This document shows, one piece after another, positions 47,032-57,300 of a stretch of DNA of 64,000 nucleotides. A model generated the notes under the pieces. That model made no database searches. It was not told the DNA's origin and was given only the letters and a program-made list of their open reading frames with translations. The stretch is from Flavobacteria bacterium RIFCSPLOWO2_12_FULL_35_11 (GTDB taxonomy: Bacteria; Bacteroidota; Bacteroidia; Flavobacteriales; Flavobacteriaceae). Where the stretch lies: assembly GCA_001800975.1 (NCBI GenBank), contig MGWK01000032.1:1966-65965 (forward strand), given 5' to 3'. Each line of letters starts with the position of its first letter. Within the stretch, counting starts at the first letter, position 1. The position numbers and the translations under genes were made by a program.

Positions 47032-48390
47032 ATGAAATCAAATAAGTTAACAATAATTGTGCTTTTTTTAGCCATAAGCTCCACCGGATTTTCACAATCT
47101 GAAATAGAAAAAATATTGACTGAAATTTCTACGGCTCCTTCTGCGGAACGCATAGAAAAAGACATTGTAAAATTGGTGGGTTTTGGAACGCGCCATACGT
47201 TGTCCGACACGCTTTCTAAAACTAGGGGAATTGGCGCAGCGCGACGTTGGGTAAAAGTTGCTTTTGATGACGTTTCAAAAAATTGCAATAACTGTTTGGA
47301 AGTGAGTTATTTGGGCGATTTGGTGAAAGCTGACGGAAGCAGAATTGTAACTGATACCAAAGTCGTGAACGTGATGGCAATTCAGCGGGGAACAACCTAT
47401 CCAAACAGATATGTAATTATGTCGGGCGATATTGATTCCCGAGTTTCAGATGCCAATAATTTTACGTCAGATTCGCCCGGAGCAAATGACAACGCTACTG
47501 GATTGGCAGGAACAATAGAAGCTGCGCGTGTTTTGAGCAAGTATAAATTTCCTGTTTCCATCATTTATGTGGGTTTGTCGGGTGAAGAACAAGGCTTGTA
47601 CGGCGGTAAAATTTTGGCAAAATATGCCAAAGAGAAAAATTGGGACATTATCGCTGTTTTAAACAATGATATGATTGGCAATATTGAAGGAATTGATGGT
47701 GTCATTGACAACAGCACTTTTCGGGTTTTTTCTGAAGCCATTTCTGTACAAACCACTGAAAAAGAACGCAACAGCATGCGTTTTTATGGCGGTGAAGTGG
47801 ACGGAACTTCTCGACAATTGGCGCGTTATATTGATAAGTTGACAGAAAAATATATGACCAATTTAGACGCGATTATGATTTACAGGCTCGACAGGTTTGG
47901 AAGAGGCGGCCATCACCGGCCTTTTAATGATGAAGGTTTTACGGGTGTAAGGATTATGGAAACGCATGAAAATTACAACCGCCAACACCAAGATCTTAGG
48001 GTTGAAAACGGGATAAAATATGGTGATGTGCTGGAAGGCGTAAATTTTGGGTATGCCGCAAAATTAACCGCAGTAAATTGCTTGACATTGGCTTCTTTGG
48101 CGGCAGCGCCGTTAGAACCTCAAAATGTGATGATTGCAGGAGCCGTTGAGCCATCAACCCGTTTAAAATGGGATGATGTTGCCGATAAAAACAGCATCGG
48201 CTATAAAATTTATTGGCGCGATACCACTTCACCTCAATGGCAATACAGCCGATTTGTTGGCAAAACTACCGATTATACCTTGAATAATATTGTTATTGAT
48301 AATTTCTTGTTTGGCGTGGTTAGTGTAGGAGAAAATGGCGCGGAAAGTTTGGTTCAGTTTCCAAGAAAATTAATTCCTAGAGGGATGTAA
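47032..48390 (+). CDS. M28 family peptidase with C-terminal Fn3-like domain
   Basis: SPGANDNATG, SGEEQGLYG, LNNDMIG and GGHHRPF motifs; signal peptide. Confidence 0.88.
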   Translation: MKSNKLTIIVLFLAISSTGFSQSEIEKILTEISTAPSAERIEKDIVKLVGFGTRHTLSDTLSKTRGIGAARRWVKVAFDDVSKNCNNCLEVSYLGDLVKADGSRIVTDTKVVNVMAIQRGTTYPNRYVIMSGDIDSRVSDANNFTSDSPGANDNATGLAGTIEAARVLSKYKFPVSIIYVGLSGEEQGLYGGKILAKYAKEKNWDIIAVLNNDMIGNIEGIDGVIDNSTFRVFSEAISVQTTEKERNSMRFYGGEVDGTSRQLARYIDKLTEKYMTNLDAIMIYRLDRFGRGGHHRPFNDEGFTGVRIMETHENYNRQHQDLRVENGIKYGDVLEGVNFGYAAKLTAVNCLTLASLAAAPLEPQNVMIAGAVEPSTRLKWDDVADKNSIGYKIYWRDTTSPQWQYSRFVGKTTDYTLNNIVIDNFLFGVVSVGENGAESLVQFPRKLIPRGM

Positions 48391-48433
48391 TTAAGTTTTA
48401 ACAATTCCGACTTATTTAAAAATAGATAAAGGA

Positions 48434-49057
48434 ATGAAAAATATATTGTTAATAATACTGGTTTTTGCAACAGCAAATATTGATGCACAATCCATACTTA
48501 CAAAAAAATCAAAAATGTCAGATAAATTAGAAATTGCCACCTTGGCTAACGGTTGTTTTTGGTGTACTGAAGCCATTTTCCAAAGATTAAATGGGGTAGA
48601 AAAAGTAACATCGGGATATGCTGGAGGGAAAGTTAAAAATCCAACCTATAATGAAGTTACTTCAGGGGAAACAGGACATGCAGAGGTGATTCAAATCCAA
48701 TTTAATCCTTCAGTAATCACTTTTCAGGAAATTTTGGACGTATTTTTCGCAACCCATGATCCTACAACTTTAAACAGGCAGGGTTATGATGTTGGCACCC
48801 AATATCGTTCCTCCATATTTTACCATTCAACAGCACAAAAAGAAGTTGCTGAAGCATTTATTAAAGCATTGACCGAATCCAAAGTTTTCGATAAAAAAAT
48901 AGTGACAGAAGTTACTCTGTTTGAAGCTTTTTATGATGCCGAAGCATACCATCAAAATTATTATAATAACAACAAAAATCAAGGTTATTGTGTGGCGGTA
49001 ATCAATCCGAAATTAGATAAATTCATCAAAAAATACAAGGACAAATTAAAGAAGTAG
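48434..49057 (+). CDS. msrA: Peptide methionine (S)-sulfoxide reductase with signal peptide
   Basis: GCFWCTEA, GYAGG, DVGTQYRS and AEAYHQNYY motifs. Confidence 0.96.
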   Translation: MKNILLIILVFATANIDAQSILTKKSKMSDKLEIATLANGCFWCTEAIFQRLNGVEKVTSGYAGGKVKNPTYNEVTSGETGHAEVIQIQFNPSVITFQEILDVFFATHDPTTLNRQGYDVGTQYRSSIFYHSTAQKEVAEAFIKALTESKVFDKKIVTEVTLFEAFYDAEAYHQNYYNNNKNQGYCVAVINPKLDKFIKKYKDKLKK

Positions 49058-49092
49058 TTATGGTCAAATGACTATAATTTAACTAATTAGGT

Positions 49093-49362
49093 ATGCAAAA
49101 AAAGTATCAATTGCTCTTGTTAAGCATTTTTTTTGATGGGTTGGGGATGCTTTCTTTCGCAATTCCATTTATTGGAGAGTTTTCAGATGTTGTTTGGGCG
49201 CCTTTATCGGCGTTTTTAATTTACAAAATGTATGGAGGAACTTTAGGAAAAGGAGTGGGAATCATTTCTTTTGTTGAAGAAATCGGTATTTTAGGAACTG
49301 ATTTTTTGCCAACATTTACTTTAACATGGATTTATAAATATTTCATAAAAAAGGAAGAATAA
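49093..49362 (+). CDS. Small hypothetical membrane protein
   Basis: 89 aa hydrophobic ORF; GEFSDVVWAP...EE......D..PTFTLTW pattern. Confidence 0.75.
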   Translation: MQKKYQLLLLSIFFDGLGMLSFAIPFIGEFSDVVWAPLSAFLIYKMYGGTLGKGVGIISFVEEIGILGTDFLPTFTLTWIYKYFIKKEE

Positions 49363-49671
49363 TTAGGCTTCTTTAAAAAATCTTTTAAAACCCATTCTCG
49401 ACAATGTTTTTTTTGAAAATGCGGAAAAGAATTTATATTGCCCGAAAAGAAAACCAACCAAAGGCAACGTGAATTGATAAATTAAAAATATCAACACAAT
49501 TCTTACAGGCCAAAATAACCAAGGATTTGTGGTTTCTCTATCTAGACCAATTAAATTTGTCAGCGGTTTTGCAACCCAGGCGGCAAAAGAACCATTCACA
49601 GAAAAAACAATAATGATTAAGAGAACTTGATAGTTAGAAGTTAATCCCCAGCGCTGTTTTAATTTTTCCAT
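49363..49671 (-). CDS. DUF6787-like membrane protein
   Basis: MEKLKQRWG......I..VF...GS; YQ..L...G.LFGQ..FF pattern. Confidence 0.75.
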   Translation of the reverse strand: MEKLKQRWGLTSNYQVLLIIIVFSVNGSFAAWVAKPLTNLIGLDRETTNPWLFWPVRIVLIFLIYQFTLPLVGFLFGQYKFFSAFSKKTLSRMGFKRFFKEA

Positions 49672-49891
49672 TTTATTTATTTTCCGGGCAAAAATACATT
49701 TATATTTTTAAATCTGGAGCTTATTAATTTCTGCTCCAATTTTTATAATAAATTGTGCAATTATTAAGGGCACAAGAAAGTTTTTTACAATTTTTTTTGA
49801 ATTTATCACAAAATATAATGACATAATCCTCGTTTTGATAATAATTTTAAACAGAAAAATGTTCATTAAAAAATCTAAAAACACAAAATTT

Positions 49892-50380
49892 ATGAAGAAA
49901 TTAATTTTTATGTCCGTATTCTTATTGGGAATTATTTTTACGTCAAATGGTCAAGACATTGCGAGAAATGCATTAGGAGTGCGCTTGGGGGACAATGATG
50001 GTTTTGGCGGTGAAATATCTTATCAGCGTGAATTGGGCGAAGCTACCCGTTTAGAATTGGATTTGGGTTTTAGAAGCAATAAGTATTCTGACGCTTTTAA
50101 ATTAACCGGAATTCACCAATGGGTTTGGAATATTGATGGCGGATTTAATTGGTATGCCGGTTTTGGTGCAGGAATAGGTTCTTGGAGTGCCGGCAATGAT
50201 TATATGGGAACTGATGATGATGGCCTTTTTTTAAACGCTGACGGAAATATTGGCATTGAGTATAATTTTGACATTCCATTGCTGATGTCCTTAGATTTTA
50301 GGCCTGAAGTTGGTTTGGTTGGGGATTATGGTAAAGATACCGATTTGGATATCGCACTTTCTTTGCGCTATCAATTTTAA
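49892..50380 (+). CDS. Small outer-membrane beta-barrel protein (start ATG 49892)
   Basis: Signal peptide, alternating beta-strand pattern, C-terminal LRYQF beta-signal. Confidence 0.8.
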   Translation: MKKLIFMSVFLLGIIFTSNGQDIARNALGVRLGDNDGFGGEISYQRELGEATRLELDLGFRSNKYSDAFKLTGIHQWVWNIDGGFNWYAGFGAGIGSWSAGNDYMGTDDDGLFLNADGNIGIEYNFDIPLLMSLDFRPEVGLVGDYGKDTDLDIALSLRYQF

Positions 50381-50402
50381 TCATTATAAGTCATAAAAAA
50401 TG

Positions 50403-50426
50403 AAATGCGCCATTGGCGCATTTTTT
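50403..50426 (+). terminator. Intrinsic terminator
   Basis: AAATGCGCCA-T-TGGCGCATTTTTT. Confidence 0.75.
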
Positions 50427-50479
50427 ATTATTTGTCATTAATTTTTTTTTACCTTTCAAAAAAATTTAAAAACTTTTGA

Positions 50480-51784
50480 ATGAAAAAAATAGCATTGCAT
50501 TGGCAAATATTACTGGGAATGGTTTTGGGTATTTCAGTTGGTTTATTAATGACACAATTTGAGGGCGGCAAAGAAATTGTGCAGGATTGGATAAAACCTT
50601 TAGGCACTATTTTTATCAATTCATTAAAGTTAATTGCAGTACCGTTAATTTTGGCATCGCTTATAAAAGGGGTATCCGATTTAAAAGATATTTCAAAGCT
50701 GTCCAAAATGGGCGGGCGAACAATAGGTTTGTATATACTTACAACCGTAATTGCAGTTTCTATTGGGTTATTATTGGTCAATATCATTAAACCAGGCGAT
50801 TCAATTTCTGAAAATACCAGACAGGAATTGGTGCAGAATTATAGCAGAGATACAGAGAAATATAAAGAAGAAGCGGCCATTCAACAAGAAACCGGCCCAT
50901 TGCAATCATTGGTTGACATTGTTCCGGATAATATATTTGGTGCGGCATCAGACAATAAAAACATGCTTCAGGTCATATTTTTTGCGTTGCTTTTTGGCAT
51001 TGGGTTAATTTTAATTCCTGAAGAAAAATCGGCACCGGTTAAAAACTTTTTTGATGGTTTTAATGAAGTGATTTTGAAAATTATTGACTTAATTATGCTG
51101 GCGGCGCCATATGGTGTTTTTGCATTATTAACGGCTTTGGTAGTTGAATCTCCAAGTATAGATTTGTTTAAGGCACTCATTTGGTACGCATTTACCGTAA
51201 TTTTAGGCTTGTCAATCATGTTGGTTTTTTACTATTCTCTAGTATGGATAATAACAAAAAAGAGTCCTTCATTTTTCTTTAAGGGAATTTCACCGGCCCA
51301 ATTATTGGCATTTTCAACAAGCAGCAGTGCCGCTACTTTGCCGGTAACTATGGAAAGAGTCACAGAACATTTAGGTGTTGATGAAGAAGTAAGCAGCTTT
51401 GTGTTGCCTATTGGCGCTACCATTAATATGGATGGCACCAGTTTGTATCAGGCAGTGGCAGCAGTTTTTATTGCGCAGGCTTTTGGCATGGAATTGTCAT
51501 TATCGGTGCAATTGGGAATTATTGTTACCGCAACATTGGCGAGCATAGGATCAGCAGCAGTGCCGGGTGCAGGAATGGTAATGTTGGTGATTGTTTTGGC
51601 GCAAGCAGGGATTCCTGAAGCTGGTTTGGCATTAATTTTCGCTATTGACAGACCATTGGATATGTGCAGAACAACCATAAATGTGACAGGAGATGCTGTG
51701 GTTTCAATGATTGTGGCAAAATCATTGGGAAAACTTCAAGACCCTGAGGTAAAAAACTGGGATGATACTTATAAGAAAGAATAA
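50480..51784 (+). CDS. Dicarboxylate/amino acid:cation symporter (GltP/DAACS)
   Basis: AFSTSSSAATLP, PIGATINMDGT and DRPLDMCRTTINVTGD motifs. Confidence 0.95.
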   Translation: MKKIALHWQILLGMVLGISVGLLMTQFEGGKEIVQDWIKPLGTIFINSLKLIAVPLILASLIKGVSDLKDISKLSKMGGRTIGLYILTTVIAVSIGLLLVNIIKPGDSISENTRQELVQNYSRDTEKYKEEAAIQQETGPLQSLVDIVPDNIFGAASDNKNMLQVIFFALLFGIGLILIPEEKSAPVKNFFDGFNEVILKIIDLIMLAAPYGVFALLTALVVESPSIDLFKALIWYAFTVILGLSIMLVFYYSLVWIITKKSPSFFFKGISPAQLLAFSTSSSAATLPVTMERVTEHLGVDEEVSSFVLPIGATINMDGTSLYQAVAAVFIAQAFGMELSLSVQLGIIVTATLASIGSAAVPGAGMVMLVIVLAQAGIPEAGLALIFAIDRPLDMCRTTINVTGDAVVSMIVAKSLGKLQDPEVKNWDDTYKKE

Positions 51785-51794
51785 TTACGCGCAG

Positions 51795-52205
51795 TTAATC
51801 TAAAAATCTATTTTTTAATTCAAGGGAAGGAATCATACATCTTTCCCTTTTGCCGAAAAACTTGTATCTGTTCTTCGCAATATAGCTGTACAGCCAATCC
51901 CGAAAGGATTTAGGAATTACAATAAAAAAATAAAGGAATTTAAATCCACCGTTTAAAAGTTTTGCAATTCTCAGTATTGCAGTCGATTTTTCATAAATTT
52001 TTTGATCATCAATCAGAACAATTGAATCTAAATTCAAATTTTTTAAATTGAAATGTAACATTATTTCTTTTGCAGCGTCTGATTGAAATGAAGCGAATAA
52101 AAATTGTTCTTTTTTGTCGTGTTTGATCACAAAATTTACCGATGCATTGCAAAGGTTACACACACCATCAAAAAGAATAATTGATTTGTTTTCAAAGTTG
52201 TTCAT
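51795..52205 (-). CDS. DCC1-like thiol-disulfide oxidoreductase (DUF393)
   Basis: FDGVCNLC...RDWLY..IAKNRY..FGK...C motif. Confidence 0.92.
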   Translation of the reverse strand: MNNFENKSIILFDGVCNLCNASVNFVIKHDKKEQFLFASFQSDAAKEIMLHFNLKNLNLDSIVLIDDQKIYEKSTAILRIAKLLNGGFKFLYFFIVIPKSFRDWLYSYIAKNRYKFFGKRERCMIPSLELKNRFLD

Positions 52206-52303
52206 GAAGCAAAATTATAGTTTTAAAATGAAAAATTCTTTTTAACATAAAATTAATAATTACTCTCAACGGCAATTTTTAAATTAGATAAAACAATAAC
52301 CAA

Positions 52304-52996
52304 ATGATTAGGATTGAAAAACTTCATAAATCTTATCCAATAGGAAAAGATTTTCTGCACGTATTAAAGGGCTTGGATTTACATATTAAAGAAGGTGAAT
52401 TTGTATCTATTATGGGGTCTTCCGGTTCCGGGAAATCTACCTTATTAAATATTGTTGGTTTGTTGGACGGACATGATACCGGTAAATATTATTTGAACGG
52501 ACAATTAATTGAAAATTTAGATGAGAAAAAAGCCGCAATTCTAAGAAATAAGTTTTTAGGTTTTGTATTTCAGTCGTTTAATTTAATTAATTATAAAAGT
52601 GCACTAGAGAATGTGGCTTTGCCATTGTATTATCAAGGGATGGCCAGAAAAGATCGCAACAAGGTTGCGTTGCAATATTTAGATAAAGTGGGTTTAAAAG
52701 ACAGGGCTGAACATTTACCGAGTGAGCTTTCAGGAGGAGAAAAACAGCGAGTGGCTATTGCGCGCGCTTTGGTAACCAATCCAAAAGTTATATTGGCCGA
52801 TGAGCCAACGGGCGCACTTGATTCAACGACTACGCATTCAGTAATGGAATTGTTGAAAGAAATTAATCGTGAAGGGATGACTGTTTTTGTAATTACTCAC
52901 GAAGAAGATGTTGCCGGAGAAACTGACAGAATTGTGCGTTTAAAAGATGGTGTAATTATTAGCGATGAGAGAGTTCAAAAAAAAGCAAAAGTATAA
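52304..52996 (+). CDS. ABC transporter ATP-binding protein (LolD/MacB-like)
   Basis: GSSGSGKST, LSGGEKQRVAIARAL and ADEPTGALD motifs. Confidence 0.95.
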   Translation: MIRIEKLHKSYPIGKDFLHVLKGLDLHIKEGEFVSIMGSSGSGKSTLLNIVGLLDGHDTGKYYLNGQLIENLDEKKAAILRNKFLGFVFQSFNLINYKSALENVALPLYYQGMARKDRNKVALQYLDKVGLKDRAEHLPSELSGGEKQRVAIARALVTNPKVILADEPTGALDSTTTHSVMELLKEINREGMTVFVITHEEDVAGETDRIVRLKDGVIISDERVQKKAKV

Positions 52997-52999
52997 GTT

Positions 53000-54232
53000 A
53001 TGTTTGATTTAGACCGTTGGCAGGAAATTTTTCAAACAATCAGTAAAAACAAACTAAGAACGCTTCTTTCTGGTTTTACTATTGCATTTGCCATTTTGTT
53101 ATTTACTCTTTTATTTGGCGTTGGCAATGGATTAAAACACACTTTTGAAAAGCAATTTTCCAGCGATGCAGCAAATTCCGTATATATTAGAGCAGGCGTA
53201 ACAACCAAACCTTATAAAGGATTGCAAAGCGGAAGAACTATTCAGTTTAGAAATGATGATGGCAAGTTTATCAATGAAAAGTTTGAAGATGAAATTCAGT
53301 TTTTTAGCCCGAATGTTGAACGATACAATGTTCAGGCAATCTATGAAGGAGAACATAACAACTATACGGTAAGAGGCGTTTACCCAGATTATCAACCATT
53401 GGAATCCGCAGAAATAAAAGACGGCAGATTTTTAAGTTATTTAGATTTAAAAAGTAAAGCAAAAGTTGTTGCCATTGGAAGGTTGGTTGAAAAAGATTTG
53501 TTCGGCAATAAAAATGCCTTGGGAAAAAATATTAGTTTAGATGGCATTTCATATAAAGTAGTGGGTGTTTTTAGTGATCCTGGAGGCGACCAAGACGAGC
53601 GGTTTATTTATACGCCGTTTAGTACAGCACAAGGAATGTACAGAATAAATGATGAATTAGACAGATTCGGACTTACTTATAATCCGAAATTAACTGTAGA
53701 TCAAGCACTTGAGTTCTCAAATCTGCTTACCAAAGTGCTGCAAGAGAAACACAATGTAGATCCAAGAGACCAAGCGGCTATTCGAGTTCAAAATTATGCT
53801 GAAGGCACTAAAAGTGTCAAACAATTTATGACCGTATTAAATGTAATCATACTTTTTATTGGAATAGGAACCTTGGTTGCCGGTATTATAGGCATTAGCA
53901 ATATTATGGTGTATATCGTAAAAGAACGCACCAAAGAATTAGGGATTAGAAAAGCGCTGGGAGCAACCCCAAATTCAATCATTGGGATGATAATGATGGA
54001 ATCAATATTTGTGACTGCTGTAGCTGGTTATGCGGGATTGTTAATAGGTGTTTTTACCCTAAAAGCCATCGGAAAAAGTTTAGAAAAATATTTTATTCTG
54101 AATCCAAGTGTTGAAACTTATGTAGTTGTTGGAGCAACAATAATTTTAATAATTGCCGGTACCATTGCAGGATATATTCCAGCTAAAAGAGCAGCAAGCA
54201 TCAAACCAATAGTAGCCTTAAACGACGAGTAA
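53000..54232 (+). CDS. MacB/FtsX-like ABC permease 1
   Basis: NKLRT.L, periplasmic domain, VKERTKELGIRKALGA motif. Confidence 0.93.
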   Translation: MFDLDRWQEIFQTISKNKLRTLLSGFTIAFAILLFTLLFGVGNGLKHTFEKQFSSDAANSVYIRAGVTTKPYKGLQSGRTIQFRNDDGKFINEKFEDEIQFFSPNVERYNVQAIYEGEHNNYTVRGVYPDYQPLESAEIKDGRFLSYLDLKSKAKVVAIGRLVEKDLFGNKNALGKNISLDGISYKVVGVFSDPGGDQDERFIYTPFSTAQGMYRINDELDRFGLTYNPKLTVDQALEFSNLLTKVLQEKHNVDPRDQAAIRVQNYAEGTKSVKQFMTVLNVIILFIGIGTLVAGIIGISNIMVYIVKERTKELGIRKALGATPNSIIGMIMMESIFVTAVAGYAGLLIGVFTLKAIGKSLEKYFILNPSVETYVVVGATIILIIAGTIAGYIPAKRAASIKPIVALNDE

Positions 54233-54233
54233 T

Positions 54234-55481
54234 ATGATAAAGTTTTTATTTGACACAGATACTTGGCAAGAAATATACAGCAGCATTCGTAAAAACAAAA
54301 TACGTACCGGGATTACCATCATTGGTGTAATGTGGGGTATATTTTTATTGGTTGTTTTATTGGGCGCCGCAAAAGGCGTTGAGAATAATTTCAATAGATT
54401 ATTCGGAGATTTTGCAACTAACAGCGTATTTGTTTGGGCACAACAAACAAGCAAACCGTTCAAAGGTTTTCAGGAAGGAAAAGGAATTACCTTAAAAATG
54501 TCTGATTTAGACAATATCAAAAAAGAAATTAAAGGGCTTGAATTTGTCATACCGCGTCATCAAAACCAGGCTTTAGCCGTTAATAAGTTTAAAACAGGGA
54601 CGTTTGGGATTTTTGGAGATTATCCTGAGTTTGATAAAGTTCAGAAGCGAAATTTAGTTTATGGCAGATTTATTAATGACAATGACATCATTGAAAAAAA
54701 GAAAGTTTGTGTCATTGAAGAAGAAATTTATAAGCAACTTTTTGATAAAGGTGAATTTCCAATAGGGCAATATATTAAAATAGACAATATCAATTACAAT
54801 GTAGTTGGAATGTATAAAGAAGGACAAATAGGATCAGGCGGACCGCAAGGAAGTATTCATATTCCATTTACAACATTTCAACAAGTTTACAATAGAGGAG
54901 ACAGTGTGGGCTGGATGATGATTACGGGGCAACCTGGTTTTGACATTACGCAAATAGAAGCAGATGTTAAGTTACTTTTAAAAAATTTACATAAAGTACA
55001 CCCTGAAGACGAAAGGGCATTTGGAAGCTTTAATTTGGGCAAAGAAATAGCAAAAGTGACAGGCTTTTTAACTGGAATGCAGTTTTTAACATGGTTTGTT
55101 GGAATTGCAACTTTAATTGCAGGCGTATTTGCCATTGGAAATATCCTATTAATTACGGTTAAAGAAAGAACTAAAGAAATAGGAATCAGACGCGCTTTGG
55201 GCGCAAAACCTTGGGAGATAAAACGACAAATAATTTTGGAATCTGTTTTTTTAACAAGTATTGCAGGCGCATTGGGAATCATATCCGGAGGGGTTGTTTT
55301 AATGATTATTGATGCCACTTTGGGACAAGGAGAAGAACCAGCCTTAACAAACCCAACTGTTGATATTCCTGTAATTATAATAGCAGCAATAACGCTGGTA
55401 GTTTTAGGAACATTAATCGGGTTAATTCCTGCACATAAAGCAGTAAGCATTCGACCAATAGAAGCATTAAGAGAGGAATAA
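54234..55481 (+). CDS. MacB/FtsX-like ABC permease 2
   Basis: KNKIRT, VKERTKEIGIRRALGA and PIEALREE motifs. Confidence 0.93.
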   Translation: MIKFLFDTDTWQEIYSSIRKNKIRTGITIIGVMWGIFLLVVLLGAAKGVENNFNRLFGDFATNSVFVWAQQTSKPFKGFQEGKGITLKMSDLDNIKKEIKGLEFVIPRHQNQALAVNKFKTGTFGIFGDYPEFDKVQKRNLVYGRFINDNDIIEKKKVCVIEEEIYKQLFDKGEFPIGQYIKIDNINYNVVGMYKEGQIGSGGPQGSIHIPFTTFQQVYNRGDSVGWMMITGQPGFDITQIEADVKLLLKNLHKVHPEDERAFGSFNLGKEIAKVTGFLTGMQFLTWFVGIATLIAGVFAIGNILLITVKERTKEIGIRRALGAKPWEIKRQIILESVFLTSIAGALGIISGGVVLMIIDATLGQGEEPALTNPTVDIPVIIIAAITLVVLGTLIGLIPAHKAVSIRPIEALREE

Positions 55482-55533
55482 TCAATCTTTCAATTTTTAA
55501 TAAAAAATAACATAAACTGAAAATCAATCACTA

Positions 55534-56658
55534 ATGAAAAAAACAATAATTTTTGGATCAATAGCAGTAGCGCTAATAGCTGTTTTGGCTTGGTTTGGAG
55601 CAAAGAACAGCAAATCTCCAATTCAATATGAAACAGAAAAACCATTTAAAACCAATATTGTCAGAAAAACAGTGGCTACAGGAAAAGTAATTCCTTTGGA
55701 AGAAGCAGAAATTAAACCAAAAGTTTCAGGAATTATTGAAGAAATATTTGTTGAAGAAGGCGCAAAGGTTAAAGTTGGCGACTTAATCGCAACTATTAGG
55801 GTGGTGCCAAATGTGCAGTCTTTAAACAGTGCCCAAGGAACCGTGAAAACAGCCCAATTGCGTTATAGCAATACAAAAACATTGTATGACAGAAATAAAG
55901 GTCTTTTTGAAAAAGGGGTTATTTCCAAGCAAGAATTTGAAACGGCTGAATTAAACTACAACAGCGCCAGACAAGATTTAAACAATGCCCAAAACAATTT
56001 GGACATTATTAAAAAAGGTTCGGCAGCGGGTATGGGTAAAACCGCCAATACTTATGTTAAAGCCGAAATCTCAGGAACAATTTTAGAAATACCGGTTCGT
56101 ATTGGTACCCAGGTTATTGAAAGCAACACATTTAATGCGGGAACTACCATTGCAACTATTGCAGATATGACCAAAATGATTTTTGAAGGGAAAGTTGATG
56201 AAGCTGAAGTAGGGAAAATTAAAAACGGAACAGTTTTGGAAGTTTCTTTGGGCGCTATTGAAAAGAAAAAATACCCTGCAAAATTAAACTTTATTGCGCC
56301 AAAAGGAACTGAAGAAAATGGTGCTGTACAGTTTAAAATTAAAGGCGACGTAACTTTGGATGATGAATTTTTTGTTAGAGCGGGCTATAGCGCCAATGCT
56401 GACATTGTATTGGAAAAAAAGGACAGCGTGCTCTCAATTAAAGAAGCATTGTTGCAATTTGATAAAAAAACCGATGCTCCTTTTGTGGAAGTAAAAACTG
56501 GTGATCAGGTTTTTGAAAGAAGAAATGTTGAGTTGGGTATTTCAGATGGCGTAAATGTTGAAATCATTAAAGGCGTTACCCTAAAAGATGAAATTAAAAT
56601 TTGGAATAAAACCTCCAAAAAGGAAGGTGAAGATAAAGATGAAGAAGAAAGCGATTAA
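55534..56658 (+). CDS. Efflux periplasmic adaptor (MacA/HlyD-like)
   Basis: ATGKVIP....IKPKVSGII; AEISGTI; VDEAEVGKI; GYSANADI motifs. Confidence 0.92.
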   Translation: MKKTIIFGSIAVALIAVLAWFGAKNSKSPIQYETEKPFKTNIVRKTVATGKVIPLEEAEIKPKVSGIIEEIFVEEGAKVKVGDLIATIRVVPNVQSLNSAQGTVKTAQLRYSNTKTLYDRNKGLFEKGVISKQEFETAELNYNSARQDLNNAQNNLDIIKKGSAAGMGKTANTYVKAEISGTILEIPVRIGTQVIESNTFNAGTTIATIADMTKMIFEGKVDEAEVGKIKNGTVLEVSLGAIEKKKYPAKLNFIAPKGTEENGAVQFKIKGDVTLDDEFFVRAGYSANADIVLEKKDSVLSIKEALLQFDKKTDAPFVEVKTGDQVFERRNVELGISDGVNVEIIKGVTLKDEIKIWNKTSKKEGEDKDEEESD

Positions 56659-56681
56659 ACATAAAATTTAGCGGAAATTTT

Positions 56682-56716
56682 AAAAGCGTTTTAATTTAAA
56701 TTAAAACGCTTTTTTT
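56682..56716 (+). terminator. 32-bp perfect palindrome terminator
   Basis: AAAAGCGTTTTAATTT|AAATTAAAACGCTTTT followed by extra Ts. Confidence 0.8.
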
Positions 56717-56775
56717 ATATCTTTATCAGAATGCTTTTTAGGAGCAACCGTATATTGTTCTTTTGTTAAAACTTT

Positions 56776-56789
56776 ATGATTTTTATCAG
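56776..56789 (+). promoter_or_regulatory. Candidate Fnr/Crp-type box upstream of the 127-aa hypothetical gene
   Basis: ATGAT-TTTT-ATCAG; only a degenerate -7 (CGAATTTT) at the 21-nt spacing. Confidence 0.55.
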
Positions 56790-56848
56790 CGGTAAATCAA
56801 AAGAAAATTACGAATTTTATTGAATAATATTTTAAAACCAATTCGAAA

Positions 56849-57232
56849 ATGGAAAGTCAGTTAGTATTCTTAAGTGATCTGAACTTTAACTTAGATGTTT
56901 GGAAAAGAGAGTTGAAGTTTCAAGAAAGTGAAATGGATTATTTTGAAGAAAAGTTAGAGCATATTGTTATGCGTAGCCCCGGAACTGAGGTTCTGGTTCA
57001 ATTAGAAGGTTTTCAGAATAAGATAATCCGTGAACGCGAAGTTATGGGTCATTTAAGGCATAGAATTCGAATGAAAAGGAGAGAATTGGCACATCAAGGC
57101 CATATTGAAAAAAATAATGAGGCGCAATTTCATGAAAAACAAGTGTTGTTAAAAGATGAAATGAAAACATTTGTAAATATGCATTACCAGCTTAAGGAAA
57201 AGATGATGGATTTCTTCCTGAAATATTTGTAG
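56849..57232 (+). CDS. Hypothetical all-helical protein
   Basis: 127 aa; W..EL.F...E...FE..L...V and L..FQN pattern; His-rich; own terminator. Confidence 0.8.
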   Translation: MESQLVFLSDLNFNLDVWKRELKFQESEMDYFEEKLEHIVMRSPGTEVLVQLEGFQNKIIREREVMGHLRHRIRMKRRELAHQGHIEKNNEAQFHEKQVLLKDEMKTFVNMHYQLKEKMMDFFLKYL

Positions 57233-57253
57233 ATAGTAACTGAATAATAAATA

Positions 57254-57285
57254 AAAAAAATCGGAGTGAAAACTCCGATTTTTTT
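57254..57285. terminator. Bidirectional terminator
   Basis: AAAAAAATCGGAGT-GAAA-ACTCCGATTTTTTT. Confidence 0.9.
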
Positions 57286-57300
57286 GTTTAAAAGTTATTT

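Noticed and set aside
49796-49809. TTTGA-ATTT-ATCAC upstream of the small beta-barrel gene
   Set aside because: TGA-N5-TCA (one base short) and only a degenerate -7; not counted in the regulon.
52242-52258. TTAACA/TTAATA repeat upstream of the ABC efflux operon
   Set aside because: Imperfect, 11-bp period, no clear -7 at matching spacing; expected by chance in AT-rich DNA.
54887-55450. 187-aa antisense ORF in ABC permease 2
   Set aside because: Typical antisense shadow of hydrophobic codons; no independent signals.
52304-56658. MacAB-like operon lacking tolC
   Set aside because: A TolC encoded elsewhere is commonly shared; ordinary architecture.
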